Origin: an uncultured Bifidobacterium sp.
GTDB taxonomy: Bacteria; Verrucomicrobiota; Verrucomicrobiia; Limisphaerales; JADLHS01
Length of the DNA: 64,000 nucleotides
Assembly (NCBI GenBank): GCA_964539515.1
Contig: CAZIJO010000001.1
Coordinates: 33,172-97,171 of the forward strand
Reading direction: 5' to 3'
Every line of letters starts with the position of its first letter. The first letter of the stretch is position 1. Positions 33,410 to 42,359 of the stretch are shown here, piece after piece. Position numbers and translations under genes: made by a program. Below the pieces are notes generated by a model that was not told the DNA's origin, made no database searches, and worked only from the letters and a program-made list of their open reading frames with translations.

Positions 33410-33483
33410 CAGCCGACGGCGGTCAGGTTACGGGTAAGGATTCCGGTCTGTCAAATGGCGCCCGGCGGCCGGCCGCGGCGGGC

Positions 33484-34605
33484 TCACGCAATCTTCTGCC
33501 GGAACCGCAGCGCGCACAGGCTGAACAAACCCAGTCCCATTCCCGCCAGCACGGCAAAACTGGACCAGTATTCCGTCACCGACGCCCCGCGCAACATGAT
33601 GGCCCGCATCAACCCGATGAAATACGTCGCCGGAATCAGCGTGCTGATCCATTGAAAAAACCTTGGCATCGTCTCGATGGGGAAAATGAATCCCGAAAAA
33701 AACACCGCCGGCAACAGCAGCGCCATCGTCATCTGCAACGCCTGCATGTGGTTTTGGGCCCGGGACGAGATGAGGAGGCCGAGGCTGAGCATCGTAAAGA
33801 CGTACAGCAAGGTCGCGAGGAACAAGGCGCTCACGTCGCCGCGAATCGGGATGCCGAACACCCAGCGCGCCACGATGAAAATACAGGTGGCCATCGTCAT
33901 GGAAATCAAGAGATACGGGGTGAGCTTGCCGAGCATGAGCCCCCAGCGCGACAGGGGCGCCACCAGCAGGTTTTCCAGCGTGCCGCGTTCGCGTTCGCGC
34001 ACCAGCGACAGCGCGGTGGCAAACACGGTGGCGATCTGCAGCGCAATGCCCATGACGCCGGGCACAAAGAAGTTCGCGCTCTTCATGGTCGGGTTGTAAA
34101 GGATTTGCGGCCGGACTTCGATGGGCATCTCCGCCCGCCGGGCTTCGCGCATGGTCGTCTCCAGGGATTCGCGCAGCGCGAGGCCCATGGACGTTTGCAG
34201 CGCCTGCAAGGCAATCGTGGAACTCGAGCCGTCAATCAGCACCTGGACCTGCGCCCCCCGGCCCGCGAGCAGGTTGCGGCTGAAGTCCGGCGGGATTTGC
34301 AGTCCGACGTACGCCTTGCCTTCGCGGATGGCGGCGGATAGGGCGTCTGCGCTGGTGACTTCGCCCACGACCCGGAATGTCTGCGTGTTCACGAATTTTT
34401 CCACTAGCCGCCGGCTCTCCGCCGTGCGATCCTGATTCAACACCACGGTGGCCATGTGTTTCACGTCGTTGTCCAGCGCGTAACCGAACGCGATGATCTG
34501 GATCAACGGCGGGAAGAACATGAAGAACAACGTCGTTGGGTCGCGGAAGACGACCGAGAACTCCTTGATCAGGATGGCCGTGAAGCCGCGGAATGGAGTT
34601 CTCAT
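33484..34605 (-). CDS. ABC-2 type transporter permease
   Basis: Start ATG 34605 (MRTPFRGFTAILIKEFSVVFRDPTTLFFMFFPPLIQ...). A large extracytoplasmic loop is followed by 5 C-terminal TMs. The 146 extra N-terminal residues in the track ORF are Arg/Pro-rich and not protein-like. Confidence 0.85.
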   Translation of the reverse strand: MRTPFRGFTAILIKEFSVVFRDPTTLFFMFFPPLIQIIAFGYALDNDVKHMATVVLNQDRTAESRRLVEKFVNTQTFRVVGEVTSADALSAAIREGKAYVGLQIPPDFSRNLLAGRGAQVQVLIDGSSSTIALQALQTSMGLALRESLETTMREARRAEMPIEVRPQILYNPTMKSANFFVPGVMGIALQIATVFATALSLVRERERGTLENLLVAPLSRWGLMLGKLTPYLLISMTMATCIFIVARWVFGIPIRGDVSALFLATLLYVFTMLSLGLLISSRAQNHMQALQMTMALLLPAVFFSGFIFPIETMPRFFQWISTLIPATYFIGLMRAIMLRGASVTEYWSSFAVLAGMGLGLFSLCALRFRQKIA

Positions 34606-35175
34606 TTTTCGTGGGCGGCTGGCCGGCCTTGCCGGCGCCGCGTGGCCCAAGGGTGGGCGAGGGGGCTCTGCAAGACAAGCACCGGCGTCTCCGACCTGCG
34701 CCCGCTCCGCCGCCGGAGAAATGTTGGTCGTGGTTGTTTTCCCCGGCCTGAGGCGAGGTTTTGGACTCGGTCCCGGGCGCATCCAGAGCCCGGATGAAAA
34801 TCGCCGTTGCGAGGACCGCGCCCCGATTACGCTTCTGAGCGGCTTGACGGTGCGGCTGGAACGCTCAATGACCCGAGGCAAATCCCCGGGGATAATCCCC
34901 ATCCTGGTGTCCACTTCCGCAAGGATGTGCCGGTTGACCTCGAGCGTCTCGATCCCCCGCGCCTTCCTGTATCCCGCACGGAGTCGGTTGCAGCTCAGAA
35001 GATTGATGACGGATGCTGGTCGGGCATTCCGGATGGCCGGCAAATTCGTTGGCGGGCTGTCCGCATCTCAGGTTCGTTCCATCATCCAGGTCGAGCGGAG
35101 GTTATGGTCTTTTTTTTGGCCCGAACCGGGGCGGGATTGCCGCGCATACTTATTGCTTCCTGTCGCCCAGCCGAT

Positions 35176-35355
35176 ATGAGTGCCGAAAAGTTTGTGAAGT
35201 TAATCGACGAAATGGTGGATATCAAAGTCCAGCAACAGGCCGAGGTGCATCTCTACGGGAAACCGGAACTGGCCCGGATGCTGGAGGAAAAGCGCCATAC
35301 GAACCGCCACCGCCTCGAAATGATCCGGGAGGAACTCATTCGCCTGCTTTCGTAG
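35176..35355 (+). CDS. Small hypothetical protein (59 aa)
   Basis: MSAEKFVKLIDEMVDIKVQQQAEVHLYGKPELARMLEEKRHTNRHRLEMIREELIRLLS has helical, protein-like composition. No family recognised. Confidence 0.35.
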   Translation: MSAEKFVKLIDEMVDIKVQQQAEVHLYGKPELARMLEEKRHTNRHRLEMIREELIRLLS

Positions 35356-35761
35356 CCGACGGAGCGGATGGGCGCTGGGCTCCCGCCCGTTCCAGAGTCT
35401 GAAGCCGGTCACGCATCAATCGCGAATGCCCTCGTCTCCGCGAACTAACCGGCCAAGCCGGGCCCACCACGCGTCCGTTGCTCACCGCGTTTAATCTGTA
35501 AACTACCCCGGTGCCGCCCGGCCCCGGCCCCAGCTGCCATTCGCCGATGGCTTCAACGAACCTGCTGCGCTGGCGCCGCCGCGGCATTCGCCGCGGCCAG
35601 GCCGCGTTCTGCCACGGATGGACGGGCAGGCACCAGGTCTCGGTGGGGCGAGACTCCCGGCGAGCCGCCGGTGAATTCATCCGCGAATCCCGCCCATCCC
35701 AAGCCGTGGAGCTTAAAACTCTTTTGCAGCGAATCCGGTCGTTCCATGGCACAATGAAATC

Positions 35762-36418
35762 ATGATCACATTCAAATCCCGGACGTGTCGCTTTGGCTTC
35801 TGGCTCGTTGTGGCGATGGCCATTGGGACGGTCGTCACTCTCAGCGTGGGCGGAGCGGCATCGCCCCCCAAACCCGGCCCCGCCAGAATGTGGCCGGAAA
35901 CGCGCGCCAGCCAATTGGTCTTTTTCGCGGTGCTGGAAGGATTATACCGCGACGGCGTCACCAACAGCGATGTGGACCTGATGATTCCGCCCGGTGAGGG
36001 AGGTAAACCCAAATTCGACCAGGAGATCTTTGTTTATGCGTGTCCGCTCTGTCATCCGGCGTTCGAGGCCTTGCGGTTGTATCGGCAGCGGGAGCGGATT
36101 TTCGGACTGAAAGCGCGCGTGGATACCTTCGGGGCGGGCCTCGACGAAGCCGTCCGGAAGCAGTTACGCAGTCAGCAGCCCGAGGAACGCCGCCGGGCGG
36201 TGGAAGGGTTGATCCGTCGCTGGGTGAGCCAGAGATTGGAAATGATGCGCCTGACCAAAACCGAGCGCGAGGTGATCACGCTGGAGATTGAGAGCGGACG
36301 CAAGCAGGGCATGGGCGGATTGAAACAGGCAGTCGCGGCGGGCGAAGCAAGTCAAAGCCGCACCAATTGCGCGATTTGCGACGGGAGCTTCGGCGCGTGC
36401 AAATTGCCAGTCCGTTGA
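35762..36418 (+). CDS. Hypothetical membrane-anchored/secreted Cys-motif protein
   Basis: N-terminal hydrophobic FGFWLVVAMAIGTVVTL. YACPLCHPAF and C-terminal NCAICDGSFGAC motifs. Codon usage is consistent with its neighbours. Confidence 0.6.
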   Translation: MITFKSRTCRFGFWLVVAMAIGTVVTLSVGGAASPPKPGPARMWPETRASQLVFFAVLEGLYRDGVTNSDVDLMIPPGEGGKPKFDQEIFVYACPLCHPAFEALRLYRQRERIFGLKARVDTFGAGLDEAVRKQLRSQQPEERRRAVEGLIRRWVSQRLEMMRLTKTEREVITLEIESGRKQGMGGLKQAVAAGEASQSRTNCAICDGSFGACKLPVR

Positions 36419-36822
36419 CAAATCTACCGAGGCGCGAAGTTTGGGCCGAAGGCGCGAGCCGCACAGGAATTGCGGGTGGGGCATGGCCGAGGCCTCACAC
36501 CATTCCTCGCGTAGAATTCGATGGCCGCCTGGCGGCGATGTTGGGCTGGTCGGGTTCAAATCTTCCGACCGCGTTCGCCATGATGATCCGCAGAATCGAA
36601 CTGAGTGATCGACACAAGGAGCTGCGCGACGCCTTTTCCGCGAGCGTATGGATGCCTGCAAGCCAAGAAAGGGCGTGAATCTGTTGACGCCGGCCCGCCG
36701 GGGACTAAGCTCGCTCCTGATGAAGCGACCGCATTCATCTGCGCTTGCCAGCCGTTTGGATATCATGCCAAACGGCTGGATATCCAATTCTGCATGGTCA
36801 CTTATTAAGATATCACGGTTCT

Positions 36823-37197
36823 ATGCAGTACGACCAGACTAAGCAAGAGACAATCAAAGCCGTGCGCCACGGTACGAAAGACTATCTCTCACATGTCGCT
36901 TCGGATAGTCGCCTGCTTGCCCGTGCTGCTGGTCTGAATCTAGCAGCCCTTAGCGCTCCGCTTGTTGCGGACGGGCTATTCGCTTGGTGGGACGCGTTGG
37001 TGAATCCGGCAGACCCCGGGCTCGCTATGATCTTCTCAGAAGGAGAAATGGCGGCATTGGCTCGATACGATGCGGTTATTCGCGGGTTTCATGATTTCGA
37101 CCCGGACAAGGACATGCCGCTCAACCAGTTTGTGCATACAAGGACGTACCGTGACATTGCCGCTGCTGCGTGCATTTGCTATGAGTCCTTGGCTTAG
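36823..37197 (+). CDS. Hypothetical protein in a low-GC islet (124 aa)
   Basis: ATG 36823 (MQYDQTKQETIKAVRHGTKDYLSHV...). Local GC is ~40% (24/60 hand-counted for 36781-36840). No family recognised. Confidence 0.5.
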   Translation: MQYDQTKQETIKAVRHGTKDYLSHVASDSRLLARAAGLNLAALSAPLVADGLFAWWDALVNPADPGLAMIFSEGEMAALARYDAVIRGFHDFDPDKDMPLNQFVHTRTYRDIAAAACICYESLA

Positions 37198-37597
37198 CCC
37201 TCCAGCTGCAGGGGAGGCCGGAAAAAGGTCGCCCATTAAGGCGGGAGGTCAGTTCTGAAAAGGCTCGGTTCTTGTTGTTGTTTACTCTTGAGTTCTCAGT
37301 TTAGGTTTCCTCTGCGCCGGCTATTCCGCCGCATGTTTATTACATGCCACGCCTGTCGGCCCGTTGGGGCCTTGTGCCTGAATCTTCCCCGGTTCTTACG
37401 CGCCCAGATTTGAACCTGCGTGGGGCCGGGCAAGGCCGGCCTTTGCCACCTTCCGCTGGTGCGATCAGGAAATGGTTGAGGAGCAGCGTTGCGTTGCATT
37501 CCAGGCTTTGACGGTCGCAATTTGGCGCTTGGGATTAGCCGGCGTTCGTTCTAGTTATAGCCCATGGCTCAAAGGTGAGTCCCAACCCTGAACTCCC

Positions 37598-40500
37598 ATG
37601 AAGCGTCATGCCCCCGGCTCCTTGGCGGTCTGCTTGATCGCCGCCTCAGCGATGTTGTCGAGTTTCGCGTCCGCTCACGCCGCAACCAACGACCGCATCC
37701 AGTCGTTCTGCATCGATTTCAACTGGGGGGCCGGCGGCCCGAATGGATTTCCCGCGCCGGGCACTTTTGCCTCGGCCGACCCCGCGGTCCATTATCAGTT
37801 TTACAAGGATCTGGGGGTGAACGTGATTCAGACCTTCTGCGTGAGCTGCAATGGGTACGCGTGGTATCAGGGGAGTGCCATGGCGCCCGTGCAACCGGGT
37901 TTGAAACACGACTTCCTGAAGCAGATCACCGCGCTGGCCCATAAGGATGGGATCAAGGTGATGGGCTACTTCTGCGTCGGCGCGAACACATACTGGGGAC
38001 AAAAGCATCCCGACCAGAGCTATGGCATCCCCAGCGGCATTCACATTCCTTTCACCCGCGACTACCTCGATTACCTGGCGGGCTGCATCGAGGATGCACT
38101 GACCAAAACCGGCATTGACGGTTTCATGATCGATTGGGCCTTCAGCCCGCCGCTGTTGATGGACGAGAAGAACGTTCGGTGGCTGCCTTGCGAGCAAACG
38201 ATGTACGCGGAGTTGTTTGATCGACCCTTTCCGGGAAAGGACAAGGTCGATGCCCGGGAGACATTGGAGTTTCAACGCCGCGCGCTGGAACGTTGCTGGC
38301 GCCGGATTCAGCAGGCGGCCAAATCCACCAAGCCCGACTGCATCATCTGGCTGAGTTGCTTCGACCTGGCGCACCCGCAGGTCGTCGGTACGGCAATGCT
38401 GCGCGAAGTGGATTGGGTGATGAACGAGACGCCCACCCCGGAGAAACTCGACGCCACGCGGCAGATGGTTGGCCCGCACGCTAGGCTGATCCAATGTGTC
38501 TCCGGCGGCAGCACCGAATACGATGCTTCGAAGGTGCTCGACAACCCCAAGTACCAGGAGGTGGGCCTTTACGGCTTTGCACCGTGGCCGGACCCGCAGA
38601 CCACCCTGCCTCCGGATCCGCCCCAGGACGCGACCCAGAAAAATATCCGGGCCAACATCGAGAAACTGCGACGGGTCTTTCGTCCAGCCGCTGCTGCCGC
38701 TGCGCCAGCGGTTAAACTGGCACGGCCGACTCCCCAGCAATATGCCTGGCACGAGCAGGAGCGGATCATGTTTGCCTGCCTGGATCCGGCCACCTGGCAG
38801 GGGCGCGAGTATGACAATCATTCCACGCCGCTCTCCGCGATCAACCCCACCCAACTTGACACCGACCAATGGTGTCGCGCGGCCAAACTTTGGGGCGCGA
38901 AGGAAATCCTGTTTGTCGCCAAGCATACCGGCGGTTTCTGTTGGTGGCAGACGGAGACGACGAAGTACGGCATCAAAGACACCGCGTGGAAGGGCGGCAA
39001 AGGTGACGTGTTGGCGGAGTTGGCGGACGCCTGTCGCCGGCATGGATTAACCCTCGGCATCTATGTTTATCCGGGCGACGACACCTGGGGCGCGCCGATG
39101 GGCAGCGGCGGGCGCACGAAAGATCCGGCGAAGCAGGAGGCCTACAACCAGGTCTTCCGCCAGCAATTGACCGAGGTGCTCACGCGTTACGGAAAGATCA
39201 CGGAGGTGTGGTTCGATGGCAGCTGCGTGATTGATGTCCGCGACATTCTCAAGCAGCACGCCGCCGAGGCCGTGATTTTTCAGGGCCCGAGCGCGACCAT
39301 CCGCTGGCCGGGCACCGAGAGTGGCAAACTGCCGTACCCGGCTTGGAATTCGCTCCCGAGCCAGGATCTGAAGACCGGGGTCGCGACGGCGGCGCAGGGT
39401 GATCCCGATGGCGACGCCTGGGCGCCATTGGAGGCGGACACCACGCTCTACGACCACAACTGGTTCTGGGCGGCGGACAATGAGAAGAAACGCAAGAGCC
39501 TTAACGAGCTGATGGACATCTACTACAAGTCCGCTGGCCACGGCGGCGTGTTGTTGCTCAACTCAACCCCGAACACAAACGGTCTGATCCCCGACGGCGA
39601 CCTGAAGCTCTACGAAGCGTTCGGCAAGGAAATCGAGCGCCGTTTCAGCCAAGCTGTGGCCGAGGTCAACGACCAGCGTGGCCCCAGCGTCGAGTTGGGT
39701 TTGCCCCAACCCACAACGATCAACCACGCGGTCATCATGGAGGACTACCGTGAAGGCGAGCGCATTCGTGAGTACATCGTGGAAGGCTTGAGGGACGGGC
39801 AATGGAAGGAGCTTAGCCGGGGCACATCCGTTGGGCGCAAAAAGATTGATCGCTTCCGCCCGGCGGAAGTCAGCCGGGTGCGGTTGCGGGTCACCCGATT
39901 TGCTGCCGAGCCAATCATCCGCCGCCTGGCGGTATTCCAGGTCGAAGGTCTGTCGGCAGGCTCGCTTATTTCCAGCCTGCCCGCGCACGACTGGCAACGT
40001 TGTGGCGAATGGACGGCGGCGAGTTTTCGCGACGGCAAGGCGACGTTGACGCTGGACCTCAGCCCGTTCATTCCCAAGCCCGGCCAGTACGAAGTGAAGT
40101 TCGAGCAGGCCGGCGGTCAAAATCCATTTCGCATCCTGAACGCCACGCTGTTCTATGAAGGCGAAGCGGCGACTCCCGGTTTGCTCACACGCTTCGCGGC
40201 CGCGCATTCGTTCAATGTCAACCGGACCGCCCAGGTGACGAAGGAAACCAGTTCCGTGCTGAAAGTGGCAATTGCCGCCGACGGCACGGGTGATTGCGCG
40301 GGCACGGTCTGGATTCGCCCGCAAGTCGGCGATGCCCGGGCTGGTGCCGCGGTCCTGAAACCGGAGACCTTTCGGCACTATGTTGATGCCTTCAACCGCA
40401 ACGATCGCGAAACTGTGATCAACCACATTCCCAATGCGAAAGCTTGGGATTGGTTGACGCAGAACGTGCCGTTGTTTGAATGTCCCGACCCGGATCTGGA

Positions 40501-42325
40501 GGAGATTTACTATTTCCGCTGGTGGACGTATCGGAAGCACATCAAGCAGACGCCGGATGGTTTCATCGTGACGGAATTCCTGCCGCCCGTGCCTTGGAGC
40601 GGCAAGCATAATTCAATCAATTGCCCGGCGGGCCATCACTTTTACGAGGGCCGCTGGCTCCATGATCCGCGCTACCTCGATGACTACGCCGTCTTCTGGT
40701 TTCGCAAGGGCGGGGAGCCGCGCAAGTACAGTTTCTGGGCCGCCGATGCCATGGACGCGCGCTTCCAGGTTCAGGGTGACGACCGCCTGCCGAAAGAGCT
40801 GTTGCCGGATTTGATCGCCAATTACGAAGCCTGGGAGAAGGACCACCTCGATGCCTGCGGGCTGTTCTGGCAGAACGACGGCAACGATGGGATGGAGGTG
40901 GCGATCGGCGGCAGCGGCTGCCGCGCGACGATCAACAGCTACCAGTTTGGCGACGCCATGGCGATCTCCCGCATTGCCGAACGCGCCGGTCAGGCTGACC
41001 TCGCCCGGAGATGGCGGGAAAAAGCCGTCTCCCTGAAGCAGCTCATGCAGGACAAACTGTGGGACCGAGAGGCGCAGTTCTACAAAGTCCTGCCGCGCGG
41101 GAGCACCAATCTGGCGAACGTGCGCGAACTGCACGGTTACACTCCGTGGTATTTCAATCTTCCCGATCCGGACCAATCGGCGGCGTGGAAACAACTCCTC
41201 GATCCCCAGGGCTTCTTTGCTCCTTACGGTCCCACCACGGCGGAACAGCGGCATCCGGGATTCAAGGTGGCCTACGCCGGCCACGAATGTCAGTGGAACG
41301 GTCCGAGTTGGCCGCTGGCAACCGCGGTCACGTTGACGGCCATGGCGAACCTGCTGAACCATTACTCCCAAAACGTCGTTGGCAAAGCGGACTATTGGAA
41401 AACGTTTCAATGTTATTTGCGCAGCCACCGTTTCCGGCAGCTTCCCCCGGCAACGCAAGTCCCCCGCCTCACGCGCTCGTACGACAATTCGGTGCCGCGC
41501 CACACCTGGTGGGCCGAGGGGCGGCTTGGTGGTACGGAGTGGGTGCAGTATGACTTCCCAGCGCCCGTCCGGATCGAGGCCAGCGAAGTCTTTTGGTACG
41601 ATGACCCCCACGGTATCGACCCGCCGGCGGCTTGGAGGATCCTGGCCCAGGACGGAAACGAATGGCGGGAAGTGAAAGCAACGAATCCGTACGGGAACGC
41701 CATTGATTGCTACAACCGCGTCGGGTTCGAGCCCGTGACCACAAAGGCGTTGCGTTTGGAAGCCCGGACGGCCGCTGGGAAGAGTGCCGGAATTCTTGAC
41801 TGGCGCGTTTTCCAGGCGGGTACCAATGTGGCCACGGCGGCTACTCCTTCCGCCTCCTACAGCGACATCTACGCTGCGAAACTAAGCGCCTTGAACCATG
41901 TTGGCCAGCCGTTGGAGCGCATTGAATCCCGCCAGCCGTGGATCGATGAGAATCTCAATCCGTACACGGGCGACTGGATCGCCCGGACGCTGCTGAAGCA
42001 ACGCCGCCAGCCGCCCGATGAGCGCGGCAAAGATTACAATCATTCCACCTTCTGTGACCTCGTCATTTCCGGGTTGGTGGGATTGCGTCCACGGGCGGAT
42101 GACGTCGTCGAGGTCAACCCGCTGGTGCCGGACGGCACGTGGGATTATTTCTGCCTCGACCGCGTGCTTTACCACGGGCAGATGATCACGATCCTCTACG
42201 ACAAGACCGGCGAGCGTTACGGCAAGGGAAAGGGGTTGCAGGTGTTTGCGAATGGCCGGCGCGTCGCTGGCAGCGACTCGTTGCAGCGCGTGACCGGCAG
42301 CTTGAAAAGCCAATCCGATCGGTAA
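37598..42325 (+). CDS. 1575-aa multi-module glycoside hydrolase: N-terminal TIM-like module, GH29-like alpha-L-fucosidase module, discoidin-like modules, C-terminal six-hairpin (GH63/MGH1-like) module
   Basis: Signal MKRHAPGSLAVCLIAASAMLSSFASAHA. GH29-like AKLWGAKEILFVAKHTGGFCWWQT...GLTLGIYVYPGD...ITEVWFDGS. Discoidin-like GTEWVQYDFPAPVRIEASEVFWYDD...ALRLEART. Six-hairpin-like CQWNGPSWPLATAVTLTAMANLL. Confidence 0.8.
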   Translation: MKRHAPGSLAVCLIAASAMLSSFASAHAATNDRIQSFCIDFNWGAGGPNGFPAPGTFASADPAVHYQFYKDLGVNVIQTFCVSCNGYAWYQGSAMAPVQPGLKHDFLKQITALAHKDGIKVMGYFCVGANTYWGQKHPDQSYGIPSGIHIPFTRDYLDYLAGCIEDALTKTGIDGFMIDWAFSPPLLMDEKNVRWLPCEQTMYAELFDRPFPGKDKVDARETLEFQRRALERCWRRIQQAAKSTKPDCIIWLSCFDLAHPQVVGTAMLREVDWVMNETPTPEKLDATRQMVGPHARLIQCVSGGSTEYDASKVLDNPKYQEVGLYGFAPWPDPQTTLPPDPPQDATQKNIRANIEKLRRVFRPAAAAAAPAVKLARPTPQQYAWHEQERIMFACLDPATWQGREYDNHSTPLSAINPTQLDTDQWCRAAKLWGAKEILFVAKHTGGFCWWQTETTKYGIKDTAWKGGKGDVLAELADACRRHGLTLGIYVYPGDDTWGAPMGSGGRTKDPAKQEAYNQVFRQQLTEVLTRYGKITEVWFDGSCVIDVRDILKQHAAEAVIFQGPSATIRWPGTESGKLPYPAWNSLPSQDLKTGVATAAQGDPDGDAWAPLEADTTLYDHNWFWAADNEKKRKSLNELMDIYYKSAGHGGVLLLNSTPNTNGLIPDGDLKLYEAFGKEIERRFSQAVAEVNDQRGPSVELGLPQPTTINHAVIMEDYREGERIREYIVEGLRDGQWKELSRGTSVGRKKIDRFRPAEVSRVRLRVTRFAAEPIIRRLAVFQVEGLSAGSLISSLPAHDWQRCGEWTAASFRDGKATLTLDLSPFIPKPGQYEVKFEQAGGQNPFRILNATLFYEGEAATPGLLTRFAAAHSFNVNRTAQVTKETSSVLKVAIAADGTGDCAGTVWIRPQVGDARAGAAVLKPETFRHYVDAFNRNDRETVINHIPNAKAWDWLTQNVPLFECPDPDLEEIYYFRWWTYRKHIKQTPDGFIVTEFLPPVPWSGKHNSINCPAGHHFYEGRWLHDPRYLDDYAVFWFRKGGEPRKYSFWAADAMDARFQVQGDDRLPKELLPDLIANYEAWEKDHLDACGLFWQNDGNDGMEVAIGGSGCRATINSYQFGDAMAISRIAERAGQADLARRWREKAVSLKQLMQDKLWDREAQFYKVLPRGSTNLANVRELHGYTPWYFNLPDPDQSAAWKQLLDPQGFFAPYGPTTAEQRHPGFKVAYAGHECQWNGPSWPLATAVTLTAMANLLNHYSQNVVGKADYWKTFQCYLRSHRFRQLPPATQVPRLTRSYDNSVPRHTWWAEGRLGGTEWVQYDFPAPVRIEASEVFWYDDPHGIDPPAAWRILAQDGNEWREVKATNPYGNAIDCYNRVGFEPVTTKALRLEARTAAGKSAGILDWRVFQAGTNVATAATPSASYSDIYAAKLSALNHVGQPLERIESRQPWIDENLNPYTGDWIARTLLKQRRQPPDERGKDYNHSTFCDLVISGLVGLRPRADDVVEVNPLVPDGTWDYFCLDRVLYHGQMITILYDKTGERYGKGKGLQVFANGRRVAGSDSLQRVTGSLKSQSDR

Positions 42326-42359
42326 ACGGCATCCAAGCCCAACCTCAAAGCCAATTCTC

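Noticed and set aside
33391-34341. 316-aa + strand ORF (His/Arg/Gln-rich) opposite the ABC-2 permease.
   Set aside because: It has extreme charged, low-complexity composition and lies antisense to a well-supported membrane protein.
34606-35043. 146-codon N-terminal extension of the ABC-2 permease ORF, considered as a possible fused or decayed ABC ATPase.
   Set aside because: No Walker A, signature or Walker B motif occurs in any frame. The composition is Arg/Pro-rich. The permease homology starts at the internal Met (34605).
36548-36580. tRNA-like sequence GGTCGGGTTCAAATCTTCCGACCGCGTTCGCCA, with a second T-loop-like word at 37406-37416.
   Set aside because: The T-stem does not pair in the canonical 5-bp/7-nt-loop geometry. 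No acceptor 5' strand, D-arm or anticodon arm can be found upstream. It is treated only as a possible att-site relic.
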